Positions 38,379 to 47,379 of a DNA stretch of 64,000 nt are shown piece by piece. How positions within the stretch are numbered: position 1 is the first letter of the stretch; the number at the start of each line of letters is the position of its first letter. The position numbers and the translations under genes were made by a program. The notes beneath the pieces are model-generated. The model searched no databases and was not told where the DNA came from. It was given only the letters and a program-made list of their open reading frames with translations. Location of the stretch: the NCBI GenBank assembly GCA_050734155.1, contig JBOHUD010000064.1:68801-132800 (forward strand), given 5' to 3'. This DNA is from Candidatus Dormibacteria bacterium (GTDB lineage: Bacteria > Chloroflexota > Dormibacteria > Aeolococcales > Aeolococcaceae).

Positions 38379-39128
38379 TCAGCCGACGGCGGCGAGCGCC
38401 TCCTCAGGCGTCATCAGCATGCAGGTGAACGAAGGCACGTCGCGGACGGTGTGTGTCGACGCCTCGCTGTCGCGCATCTCCTGCACCAGGTCGAGGAAGT
38501 CGGCCACCGAGTCGCTCTCGAAGGCGACCACGAACTCCTGGTCGTCGAGGCCGAACGAGTACGTGGTGTTGATCTTCACCCCGGGGTAGCGGTGACCCAT
38601 GGCGATGTGCTCACTCATCTGGCGCTGCCGTTCTGCGCGCGGCAGGCGGTACCACGCCCGCGTCTTGACGAACGGATAGACGAAGAGGTAGCGGCGATTG
38701 GTTGGTGCGATCACCAGACGGCTGCTCCTCCCCTCCTGGTTGGGATGCTCGTGCTTGTCGACGTACATGCTCTGCTTGGTCATCGCGAAGAAGCTGTACG
38801 GCGACTCCAGAAAGGCGCCCAGCGCCGTGCGGTTGAGACGTGACGAGAACTCGTGGAGGTCCTCGACCCGATCGCTCACCAGCCAGACCATGAGGTCGAC
38901 GTCACCGCGGGTGCCGACCAGGCTGTAGGTGCGCAGCAGGACATTGTCGCGGCGATCCAGCTCAGCGATCAGGCGCACCACCTCGGCACGATCGTTGGCG
39001 CGCTGCTCGGCGCTGCGCAGCCGCCATTCCGGCCGAACCCGGAAGAACGCGAAGCGGATGTGCTGGCGCGCCGTCGGCGGCGGTGCGCTGGCGTCGCGGA
39101 CTGCCAGCGGCGCGGCGAGCTCGGTCAT
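38379..39128 (-). CDS. hemQ: Chlorite-dismutase-family coproheme decarboxylase HemQ/ChdC
   Basis: Cld/HemQ family sequence (…YSFFAMTKQ…YLFVYPFVKTRAWY…). Confidence 0.75.
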   Translation of the reverse strand: MTELAAPLAVRDASAPPPTARQHIRFAFFRVRPEWRLRSAEQRANDRAEVVRLIAELDRRDNVLLRTYSLVGTRGDVDLMVWLVSDRVEDLHEFSSRLNRTALGAFLESPYSFFAMTKQSMYVDKHEHPNQEGRSSRLVIAPTNRRYLFVYPFVKTRAWYRLPRAERQRQMSEHIAMGHRYPGVKINTTYSFGLDDQEFVVAFESDSVADFLDLVQEMRDSEASTHTVRDVPSFTCMLMTPEEALAAVG

Positions 39129-39201
39129 GGGAGCACTTTAACGGATCACCCGCAGCGGCATCCCGCGCCGGCCGATCGGCGACGGGCGATTTGCTACCCT
39201 C

Positions 39202-39723
39202 TTGCTGACCTGGGATGAAGGTCCAGCGGGGTGTGCAGCCGTGGAACCGCACGAGCGCAGGCGCGCCCGAGCCAACGATGTGTCGAGCTGGTGGAGCGCC
39301 CTCGACAGGTCTGCCAACGCGCCGCGCCGAGCCAGCCTCTTCATCCCCGCCAGCCTGGGGCTCGCCGTGGTGGCCGCGGTGGCCGCGATGCCGCTGGCCT
39401 GGCACCACCTCCACATCCCCGGGGATTCCTTCGCGCTCGTCAACGGCCTGACCAGCGCAAGCTGGCTCCTGGCGGTGGCGGTGGCGGCGCTCGTACTGGC
39501 CATCCGGGCATCCCTGGCGGCGCCGGGTCTGGGCCTGAGGTGGGCGATCACCGTGCTGGCGTTGATCACCATCAACGGCATGTTCTTCGACTACTTCGAC
39601 TGGAGCACGCGAGGTGTGTCACTCTACGTCGCGCCGTATTACGGTCCCGGGTTCTTCGTCGGACTGGTCAGCGCCGCGCTGACGGCGGTGGCGGCCATCC
39701 TGGTCTGGCGCGCCCGGGACTGA
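39202..39723 (+). CDS. Hypothetical membrane protein (4 TM)
   Basis: Hydrophobic segments; convergent with the thioesterase. Confidence 0.45.
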   Translation: MLTWDEGPAGCAAVEPHERRRARANDVSSWWSALDRSANAPRRASLFIPASLGLAVVAAVAAMPLAWHHLHIPGDSFALVNGLTSASWLLAVAVAALVLAIRASLAAPGLGLRWAITVLALITINGMFFDYFDWSTRGVSLYVAPYYGPGFFVGLVSAALTAVAAILVWRARD

Positions 39724-40293
39724 TCAGGGAGTGTCACGGTCCTTGGTGGCCGCGGCCTGCGCCAGCGCCCGCTTGCGCACCAGCCGATGCTCGCGGCGCA
39801 CGCGCGCCTGCTCCTGGCGCCGCCTCTCCTCGGCACTGCCAGCAACCACCGCAGGAACCTCGCTGGGCCGCCCCTCCTGGTCGAGTGCCACCAAGACGAG
39901 GTGGGCGCTGGCCACGTAGCGCCACTCCTCGGTGGCGATGTTCTCGACGTCGACGCGCACCCCCACCTCCATCGAGGTGCGGTGAGCGTCGTTGACCATG
40001 GCGCGCACCGTCACCAGGTCGCCGATGAACACCGGGGCGAGGAAGCTCATGTCGTCCATCGATGCGGTGACCACGCGCCGGCGGGCGTGGCGCATCGCCG
40101 CGATCCCGGCTGCCTCGTCCACCAGTCGCATGATCGACCCTCCGTGGACATTGCCGTCGTTGTTGGCGTCGGTGATCTGCATCACCGAGGAGATCTCCGT
40201 GCGCGATGCCGAGGCGGGGCGGGGCGTCACCTCCCGAGCCTCACCATCCTGCCGTGCCCCGGTGCCTGCGAAGCGCGCCCAGGGATCGGTCAT
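39724..40293 (-). CDS. Acyl-CoA thioesterase (hotdog fold, YciA-like)
   Basis: NDGNVHGGSIMRLVDEAAGIAA hotdog motif. Confidence 0.7.
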   Translation of the reverse strand: MTDPWARFAGTGARQDGEAREVTPRPASASRTEISSVMQITDANNDGNVHGGSIMRLVDEAAGIAAMRHARRRVVTASMDDMSFLAPVFIGDLVTVRAMVNDAHRTSMEVGVRVDVENIATEEWRYVASAHLVLVALDQEGRPSEVPAVVAGSAEERRRQEQARVRREHRLVRKRALAQAAATKDRDTP

Positions 40294-41483
40294 CGCAGCA
40301 CCTCGAGCGCCGCGCGCACCAGCGTGGCCACACCGACGGGCAGGCAGCGCTCGTCGATGTCGAAGTCGGCGCTGTGGTGTGGGGCAACCGCATGCCTGGC
40401 GACGTCGCCCGCCCCCACCAGGAAGTAGCAGCCCCTGCCCGCGGCGTTGATCAGACAGGCGACGTCGTCACCGACGGTGACCGTCTGCGGCGTCACCACG
40501 CTGTCCTCGCCGACAGTGGCGATGGCCGCGCGGCGCACCACCGCGACCGACTCCGGGTCGCTGATCACCGGCGGGCAGCCGGCCGCCCGCTCGAACTGCG
40601 CCGTCGCTCCCGACGCCGACGCGATGGCCGCGGCCACCTCCGCGACCCGGCGCAGCAAGCGCTCGCGCTCCTCGGGATCGACGGCGCGCACAGTGCCGCG
40701 CAGGTGCACCTCGTCGGCGATCACATTGAAGGCGCGGCCGCCCGCAACCTGTCCGACCGTGACCACCGCCGCCGAGAACGGCGAGGTCTCGCGGCTGACG
40801 ATGCCCTGCAGGGCCAGCACCACGTGGGCGGCGGCCACCACCGGGTCGATGCTGGTGTGGGGCATCCCCCCGTGGCCACCCCGGCCCCGCACCGTGATGC
40901 CGAACTCGTCGGCGCTCCCAAAGATGGGGCCATCCTTGACCCCAACCTGACCCACCTGGAGCGGCGCCCAGAGGTGGATGCCGAAGACCTGGTCGACGCC
41001 GGCCAGCGCACCGTCGTCGATCATGGGCACCGCCCCCGAGGCGATCTCCTCGGCGGGCTGGAAGCAGAGGCGCAGCCGGCCCCGCCAGGCGTCGCGGACC
41101 GAGGCCAGCACGGCGGCGGCCCCCAGGGTCATGGCCACGTGGCCATCGTGGCCGCAGGCATGCATCACCCCATCCACGCCCGAGGTGGCCACTCGATCCG
41201 TGCCCCGCTCGGCGATGGGCAGCGCATCCATGTCGGCGCGCAGCATCAGGGTGGGGCCTGCTCCCTCGCCGCCGCTGCCATCGAGGTCGGCGATGACGCC
41301 GGTGCCGCCGACGCCGCCGCGCACCGTGTAGCCCAACGCCTCGGCGCGCTGGGCGGCGATCTCGGCGGTGCGCTGCTCCTGCAGGGACAGCTCGGGATGA
41401 CGATGGAGGTCGCGGCGGATCTCCACGACCTCGTCGTGGACAGAGTCGAGCTCGGCTGCGACCCGCCCCTGGAGGTCAGCCAT
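40290..41483 (-). CDS. M20D-family amidohydrolase (N-acyl-amino acid amidohydrolase/hippurate hydrolase-like)
   Basis: HRHPELS, MHACGHDGH, GGHGGMPH metal-binding motifs. Confidence 0.8.
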   Translation of the reverse strand: MADLQGRVAAELDSVHDEVVEIRRDLHRHPELSLQEQRTAEIAAQRAEALGYTVRGGVGGTGVIADLDGSGGEGAGPTLMLRADMDALPIAERGTDRVATSGVDGVMHACGHDGHVAMTLGAAAVLASVRDAWRGRLRLCFQPAEEIASGAVPMIDDGALAGVDQVFGIHLWAPLQVGQVGVKDGPIFGSADEFGITVRGRGGHGGMPHTSIDPVVAAAHVVLALQGIVSRETSPFSAAVVTVGQVAGGRAFNVIADEVHLRGTVRAVDPEERERLLRRVAEVAAAIASASGATAQFERAAGCPPVISDPESVAVVRRAAIATVGEDSVVTPQTVTVGDDVACLINAAGRGCYFLVGAGDVARHAVAPHHSADFDIDERCLPVGVATLVRAALEVLR

Positions 41484-41844
41484 CGGCGTGCCGTCCGACC
41501 AGGCGCAGAGCCGCCTGCTGCAGGGCGCCGTTGGTGACCACCTGGTCGGCGCCCTGCTCCATCGCCCGGATGCGCACGTCGCCCTGGTCGTGCTGGCAGA
41601 AGCCGATGATGCGGACCCCGGCGCGCGACCTCAGCGAGCCGATCAGCTCGATGCGGGCGTCGGCGTTGGCGTTGAGATCGACAAACACCACCTCCGCGCT
41701 GCGGGCATCGTCCCCTGCGGCCGCGTCCCGGTCGGCGACCACGGCCACGTCCGCGATTCCCACCAGGGCGGCGCGCAACCGGCTGGCGAGGAGGAGGTCG
41801 CCGCTCACCAGGGCGACGTTGGGCATGGCCATCGCCGCCATCAT
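41476..41844 (-). CDS. Stand-alone response-regulator receiver-like domain protein
   Basis: About 120 aa CheY-like pattern (VVFVDLN acceptor region); the ORF-track extension overlaps hbd and was rejected. Confidence 0.4.
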   Translation of the reverse strand: MMAAMAMPNVALVSGDLLLASRLRAALVGIADVAVVADRDAAAGDDARSAEVVFVDLNANADARIELIGSLRSRAGVRIIGFCQHDQGDVRIRAMEQGADQVVTNGALQQAALRLVGRHADG

Positions 41845-41920
41845 AGGAGGGCGACCGCGAGGCTCTGGCCGTTGGACTGGCACACTTGCGCCTCGCGGAC
41901 CATCCACGCGGGAGGCAGAG

Positions 41921-42787
41921 ATGGAGATCACCACCGTCGGCATCGTCGGCGCCGGGCTGATGGGCTCGGGCATCGCCGAGGTCTGCGCCCGCAGCGGGTT
42001 GCGCACCCGGGTCGCCGAGGTGGGAGACGAGGCCCTGGCAGCCGGACGGCGGCGGGTGGAGGGCTCCCTGGAGCGCGGCCGCCGCGGCGGCAAGCTGAGC
42101 GACGACGACGTCGAGCGGATCAGCGGGCAGCTGAGCTTCAGCACCGACCTCGGCGAGCTCGCGGACTGCGACCTCGTCGTCGAAGCCATCGTCGAGCGTC
42201 TCTCCGACAAGGTGGAGCTCTTCGGCAAGCTCGACCAGATCGTGGGCGGCCCGACCATCCTGGCCAGCAACACCTCATCGCTGCCGATCATCGAGATCGC
42301 CCGCGCCACCCATCGCCCCGACCGGGTTATCGGAACCCACTTCTTCAACCCGGCCCCGGTGATGAAGCTCCTCGAGGTGGTGCGCACCATCGCCACCAGC
42401 GACCAGACCCTGGAGGAGACCCGCGCGCTCGGCCAGCGGCTCGGCAAGAGGGTGATCGTCGCCCAGGACCGCGGCGGCTTCATCGTCAACCTCCTGCTCA
42501 TCCCCTTCCTGAACAACGCGGTGCGCCTCTACGAGTCCGGCTTCGCCACCAGGGAGGACATCGACGAGGGCATGAAGCTGGGCTGCGGACACCCCATGGG
42601 CCCCCTCCAGCTCCTCGACTACATCGGCCTGGACACAGCGCTGTTCGTCTGTGACGCCCTGTACGAGGAATACGCCATCCGCGACTACGCCGCCCCGCCC
42701 CTGCTCAAGCGCATGGTCGCGGCCGGCTACCTGGGCCGCAAGAGCGGGCGTGGCTTCTACGAGTACGAGGGCGGGCAGGCGAGCTGA
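41921..42787 (+). CDS. hbd: 3-hydroxybutyryl-CoA dehydrogenase
   Basis: IVGAGLMGSGIAEV NAD-binding motif; GGAGGCAGAG SD; 288 aa. Confidence 0.85.
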   Translation: MEITTVGIVGAGLMGSGIAEVCARSGLRTRVAEVGDEALAAGRRRVEGSLERGRRGGKLSDDDVERISGQLSFSTDLGELADCDLVVEAIVERLSDKVELFGKLDQIVGGPTILASNTSSLPIIEIARATHRPDRVIGTHFFNPAPVMKLLEVVRTIATSDQTLEETRALGQRLGKRVIVAQDRGGFIVNLLLIPFLNNAVRLYESGFATREDIDEGMKLGCGHPMGPLQLLDYIGLDTALFVCDALYEEYAIRDYAAPPLLKRMVAAGYLGRKSGRGFYEYEGGQAS

Positions 42788-42799
42788 GGCGCTGCGGCG

Positions 42800-43237
42800 C
42801 TAGGCCGGCGGCGGGCTGCCCGGCCCGCTGAGCGGGCGCTGCTGCTCGAGGACGTGCAGACGCACGGTGCTCAGCAACGTGCCCTCCCGCCAGAACTCGA
42901 CGCCGTACTCTCCCGGCTCGCCCAGGGTGGGCTGGAGAACGGTGACCGTCGAGACGCTCACCTCCCCGGCCCCGGTGGGGGGCGGTCCGGCGGACTCGAA
43001 GCGCATGGTGGCCGGGGGGAGCACCAGCTTGCCCAGGTTGTCGACAAAGCGCAGCTCGACGACGTGGACCTGGCCGGCGTCGGCGGCCGTGAAGCGGAAG
43101 CCGGCGACGACGGCAAAGCTGGCCATGCCCGGCAGCTGCGGCAGGGCGAGGGCGCTGAAGCCGCCGCCAAGGACATACACCTTGCCGTCGTTGGGGACCG
43201 TGGCGGCGTCGGCGAAGAAGGCAAAGCTCATCTCCAT
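42800..43237 (-). CDS. Hypothetical protein (145 aa)
   Basis: No recognised motifs. Confidence 0.4.
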   Translation of the reverse strand: MEMSFAFFADAATVPNDGKVYVLGGGFSALALPQLPGMASFAVVAGFRFTAADAGQVHVVELRFVDNLGKLVLPPATMRFESAGPPPTGAGEVSVSTVTVLQPTLGEPGEYGVEFWREGTLLSTVRLHVLEQQRPLSGPGSPPPA

Positions 43238-43315
43238 GATCGAGGCGACTCTGACGGACGGCAGCGGCGTCCCGCAGAGACGACGCCGGCGCCGGGTGCG
43301 TCACCATCCACAGCG

Positions 43316-43654
43316 ATGGATCCCGGCATCGTGCTCCGCCCTCTGCACGTCTTCGTCTGCACCACCGTCGGCCGCCACCACTGCGGCGGGATGGGCAGCG
43401 AGAAGATCCTGCTCCGACTGCGCGACGAGCTCGAGCGCCGCGGGCTCACCCACGTGCGAACCACCCGGATGGGGTGCAACCAGCAGCACCATCAGGGCCC
43501 GATCCTCATCGTCTACCCCGACGGCGTGTGGTACGGCAACCTCCGCGCCGAGGACGTCGACGAGATCATCGCCGACCACCTGGTCGGGGGCCGGCCGGTC
43601 GAGCGCCTGCGGATCACCCCGGACGGCGAGTGGGCGTCGACAGCACTCACGTAG
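43316..43654 (+). CDS. Thioredoxin-like [2Fe-2S] ferredoxin-domain protein
   Basis: Cys pattern CTTVGRHHCGG...C fits thioredoxin-like ferredoxins. Confidence 0.55.
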   Translation: MDPGIVLRPLHVFVCTTVGRHHCGGMGSEKILLRLRDELERRGLTHVRTTRMGCNQQHHQGPILIVYPDGVWYGNLRAEDVDEIIADHLVGGRPVERLRITPDGEWASTALT

Positions 43655-43695
43655 TAGGGTGGCTGGAGCAACCGCAAACTGGTGAGGAGACGGAC

Positions 43696-43983
43696 ATGGG
43701 TTACCTGCGCGGCTTTGTTCATGGCGGCGTCGTCGGAGCGGTCGTCGGCGTCTGCGTCGCCCCTCAGCCCGGGGTCAAGACCCGCCAGCAGCTGGCAGCC
43801 TTCGGGGCCGCCGCCCGCGACGGTTACCAGGTCGCCGAGCGCACCGTCCGCCGGGTGGCTCCGTTCGCCAGCGCGGCCGCCGGCGTCGCCCGCCACCAGG
43901 TGGAGAAGGTCGTCCGCGATGACGAGGGGGTGTCGGTCGAAGGTTCGGTGCGCATCCACAACGAGACCAACGGCAGACACTGA
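43696..43983 (+). CDS. Small hypothetical protein (95 aa, N-terminal hydrophobic segment)
   Basis: GGTGAGGAGA SD upstream. Confidence 0.4.
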   Translation: MGYLRGFVHGGVVGAVVGVCVAPQPGVKTRQQLAAFGAAARDGYQVAERTVRRVAPFASAAAGVARHQVEKVVRDDEGVSVEGSVRIHNETNGRH

Positions 43984-43995
43984 CCCCCGCGACGA

Positions 43996-44427
43996 TCAGC
44001 CTCGCAGCACCGAGCGAGGCGCGGACTCCGGACCCTCCACCGTGCCCAGGGCCGCGAGGATGGCCAGCACGCCCACCACGAGGTCGAGGAGATTGAGCGC
44101 CGTGGTGAAGTGCAGACCGAGGAAGCCGCGAGTGGCGGCGGCGTCGTCGCCGACCAGGAACCCGGCGATGGCCAGCGCCAGGAGCACGATCCCCACCGCC
44201 CCGGTGAGCAGCCGGCCCAGCCGGCGCGAGGCCACGAAGCCGACGTAGGCGAACACCACGAGCAGCCCGATGTCGAGAACGTCGCGCGCCCAGGTGAGAT
44301 GGAGCACCAGGCTGCCCACGTTGCCCCCGCCGTTGGCGGCGGGCGGTCCTGCGCTACCGGCCGCCAGGCCGCCGATGCCCACCAGCAGGAAGAGGAACGC
44401 ACAGACCTGCGCGTAGAGACGAGCCAT
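43996..44427 (-). CDS. DUF4383-like small membrane protein
   Basis: 4-TM small protein pattern. Confidence 0.45.
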   Translation of the reverse strand: MARLYAQVCAFLFLLVGIGGLAAGSAGPPAANGGGNVGSLVLHLTWARDVLDIGLLVVFAYVGFVASRRLGRLLTGAVGIVLLALAIAGFLVGDDAAATRGFLGLHFTTALNLLDLVVGVLAILAALGTVEGPESAPRSVLRG

Positions 44428-44479
44428 GGGCGCGAGTCTGCCCGATCGTCAACCGGCCGCGCGCTCCCCGGGCCGGCCG

Positions 44480-44668
44480 TCAGCCGGCGAGCAGGCCGGT
44501 GTCGGTGCGGGGGGCCGCCGGGGTGCCGGCGCGGTGGGCCGCTCGAGCCGCGGCCAGGCACACAGGTGAGCAGTAACGACCGCGCAGTTCCATCGCCTTG
44601 AAGCCGTCATATCCGGCGCCGCAGTGAGCGCAGAACTTGACACCACGGAGGTGCTGGCGACGAGGCAT
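44480..44668 (-). CDS. Small zinc-ribbon protein (62 aa)
   Basis: CAHCG...CSPVC motif; AGGAGAT SD. Confidence 0.35.
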   Translation of the reverse strand: MPRRQHLRGVKFCAHCGAGYDGFKAMELRGRYCSPVCLAAARAAHRAGTPAAPRTDTGLLAG

Positions 44669-44798
44669 GGGGAGATCTCCTCTGGGTCGCTGGGGTTGAA
44701 CGAGTGCTGTGACAACGCGGCGACAGGCGGTTTGGTAACGACCCCCCAAATCGTGCCACGAAATCGTCGCTCTGTGGGCGTTCGTGACGGAACCTGTC

Positions 44799-45566
44799 TC
44801 AAGTGCGCAGGCGCAGGGCGAGGAGCGTGACGTTGTCCGTCGCCCCGGCCTCCAGGGCGGCCTGTGCGGCACGCTCCACGACTGCAGTCAGCGGCCCCGG
44901 TGTGTCGAGGAGGGCGGCGATGGGTTCGTCGTCGAGGGGCTCCCAGAAGCCGTCACTGCAGAGCATGAGGGTGTCGCCGGGCTCCAGCCCGATGCTCAGC
45001 ACCTCCGGGTCGAGCTGGTCACCCATCACCGCCCGGGTGATCACGTTGCGCCGAGGATGACGCCGCTCCGAGCCCGCCGGCAGCTCACCGGCACGCACCC
45101 GCTCCCCCACCCAGGAGTGGTCGCTGGTGAGCACCCTGGCGCTGCCGCCGCGGAACAGGTAGGCACGGCTGTCGCCGGCGTGGCCGATCACCGCCTGGTG
45201 GCCGCTCACCGCCGCCATCGTCAGGGTGGTGCCCGGTTGGCCGCCCACCTCCCCGCGCAGCGCGGCGACCGCCAGGTTGGCCGCGTCGACAGCGGCGACC
45301 AGGGTGCTGGGCTCCGCCGCTCCGGCGGCGAGGACGGCGAGCGCGGCAGCGACCGCGGCGGTCGCCGCCTCGCGGCCGCCGGGGAGGCCGCCCATGCCGT
45401 CGGCCACGACCACCCCGACCCCGTCGCCGCCGCGCAGGGGGGTGGCGGCGAGGGCGTCCTGGTTCTCCTGGCGCACCGGCCCGATGTGGGTCGCCGCCGC
45501 GATCTCGTGGGCCTCCGCGGATGCGGTCGAGAGGTCGACGACGGTGACCGCCGCCGGGGTGGTCAC
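44799..45566 (-). CDS. PP2C-family Ser/Thr phosphatase
   Basis: VADGMGG and DSRAY...LCSDG motifs; GTG overlaps the upstream HAD stop (GTGA). Confidence 0.75.
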   Translation of the reverse strand: MTTPAAVTVVDLSTASAEAHEIAAATHIGPVRQENQDALAATPLRGGDGVGVVVADGMGGLPGGREAATAAVAAALAVLAAGAAEPSTLVAAVDAANLAVAALRGEVGGQPGTTLTMAAVSGHQAVIGHAGDSRAYLFRGGSARVLTSDHSWVGERVRAGELPAGSERRHPRRNVITRAVMGDQLDPEVLSIGLEPGDTLMLCSDGFWEPLDDEPIAALLDTPGPLTAVVERAAQAALEAGATDNVTLLALRLRT

Positions 45567-46288
45567 CGTCCCGCGCCGGCGGACTCGGGCTCGGCCGCAG
45601 CGCGGCGTCCGAGCAGCATCAGCACCACCTCGTCGGCGATGACCACGGGGTCGTTGCACTGGATGGTGGTCATGCCCAGCTCGGTGGCGGCGTCGACGTT
45701 GCAGCGCAGGTCGTCGATGAACAGACACTCGGCCGGCTCCAGCCCGAGACGCGCGCAGGTCAGCCGGAAGATGGCGGGATCGGGCTTGCGCAGGCGCACC
45801 TGCGAGGAGTCAACGACGACGTCGAACAGCTCGTCGACGGGCAGCAGCGATCGCCACACCGACTCGCCGCTGCTGGAGATGTTGGTGAGCAGAGCGGTGC
45901 GGTATCCCGCGCCCTTCACCTGGCGGACGGCGTCGATCATCGCGCCACACGCCGCCATGCCTCGCCCGAACACGACGTGTTGGGCGATGCGCGCGTCAAC
46001 CCCCGCGTGGCCGCCCTGGGCGATGTAGCGATCGGTCATGCGGTCGAAGAACTCGTCGTCGGAGATGTAACCCGTCTCCAGGAGGTGGAGGTCGTGCGCT
46101 CCGGTGGGGAGGTGGTACACGTCCCTGAACTCGTTCAGGAAGAAGCGCAGGAGATCGAGCTGGGCGGGGTCGACGATCTCCTCGCGGTGCCGTCCGATGG
46201 GCTCGGTCATGACGCCGCCGAGGTCGAAGATGGCGCCCTTGAGGGCGCGCTCTGGGGATCGCGCAGTCACCCGACCATTGTGCCCCAT
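45563..46288 (-). CDS. HAD-superfamily hydrolase
   Basis: FDLGGV motif I; LLTN; FIDD motif. Confidence 0.7.
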   Translation of the reverse strand: MGHNGRVTARSPERALKGAIFDLGGVMTEPIGRHREEIVDPAQLDLLRFFLNEFRDVYHLPTGAHDLHLLETGYISDDEFFDRMTDRYIAQGGHAGVDARIAQHVVFGRGMAACGAMIDAVRQVKGAGYRTALLTNISSSGESVWRSLLPVDELFDVVVDSSQVRLRKPDPAIFRLTCARLGLEPAECLFIDDLRCNVDAATELGMTTIQCNDPVVIADEVVLMLLGRRAAAEPESAGAGR

Positions 46289-46327
46289 CCCCTCGGCGCG
46301 CCCGCCGGCCCCGCGAGCGCGTGGCGG

Positions 46328-46978
46328 TCAGCTCCCGGAGCGGATCCTCTGCAGCCGGCGGAGCGTCTCCGCCAGGGCCTTGACAAGCTCCTCGCGGTGG
46401 GCGTCATCGCCGAGCTCCGGCGTGGCCTGGTTGGGCGGCAGGTTGGGGATCGGGTGACCGGCCGGGGGCGCGGTGCCGCGCAGGAAGGCCTCGTCGGCGG
46501 GGCGCAGGCGAGCCCTGCGGAATCGGGAGCTCGATTCCGGCTGGGAGCGGCGCAGGCGCTTCTCCAGACGGCCCACGGCATCGTCACGGAAGACCGGCGC
46601 GCCGGCAAATTGGCGGACGGCGGCCACGGCGACGTCGGCGAGGCTGTTCCCCGCGGCGACCGTGACGTTGGTCAGCGCGCCGTACTGCTCGGAGTCCTCC
46701 TCCGCTGCCACCCCGACCACGAACCGCCCGTCCAGCCCGGGAAGCCACTGTGCGATGCCCTCCTCGTCGAGGAGCAGGTACACGGGCACGCTGTCCTGCG
46801 GGATTGCGTGCGCCCACCAGCGGTCGAGCTTGGCCTGGCGGTCGCTGTCGGCGAAGAAAGCGACCCCGCGAACCGGGGGGACGGCGATGACGGCGAGCGG
46901 ACTGTCGGGACGGCGAACCTCGTCGAGGGCCGCTGCGAGGCGCTGCGCGTCCTCGACATCGGGCACCAGCACCGTCAT
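46328..46978 (-). CDS. Hypothetical protein (216 aa)
   Basis: Start at MTVLV; the ORF-track N-terminal extension was rejected. Confidence 0.4.
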   Translation of the reverse strand: MTVLVPDVEDAQRLAAALDEVRRPDSPLAVIAVPPVRGVAFFADSDRQAKLDRWWAHAIPQDSVPVYLLLDEEGIAQWLPGLDGRFVVGVAAEEDSEQYGALTNVTVAAGNSLADVAVAAVRQFAGAPVFRDDAVGRLEKRLRRSQPESSSRFRRARLRPADEAFLRGTAPPAGHPIPNLPPNQATPELGDDAHREELVKALAETLRRLQRIRSGS

Positions 46979-47379
46979 CGCGAACTGCTGCACGGATTCG
47001 GTGGGAATGCTGCTCTTGCCTCGGTGTGTGCTGCGGAACGCGGACGCGTGGTGCGACTCTTGCAGGTGTGTGTCGACGATGATAGCAACGGAGCCGGGGG
47101 GCCCTGCACGCCGCTCAGGGGGGCCGGCGTCCGCTGTTCGTTCCCGGGTGGGTGGCGGCCGAGGTGCCTCGCGGCGCCGCCGTGGAGGGGAAGGTTCCGA
47201 TCCTGGCGTCCCTCGGCCTGGCGGACTCGCAGGTCGGCACCCTGCCGCCTCAGGTCGAGGATGTCCTCGAGGTCGAGCGCGACCAGCTCGCTGAGCCGCA
47301 ACGACGTGGTCGGCAGGAGCTCGACGAGTTGGGCTGCCTTCTCGAGACGCGCATTCACCCGCCAGCACGCGGCAACGGG

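Noticed and set aside
41476-42516. 346-aa minus ORF overlapping hbd
   Set aside because: hbd (41921..42787) has a strong SD and a full-length match. Only the 3' 120 codons of the minus ORF look like a receiver domain.
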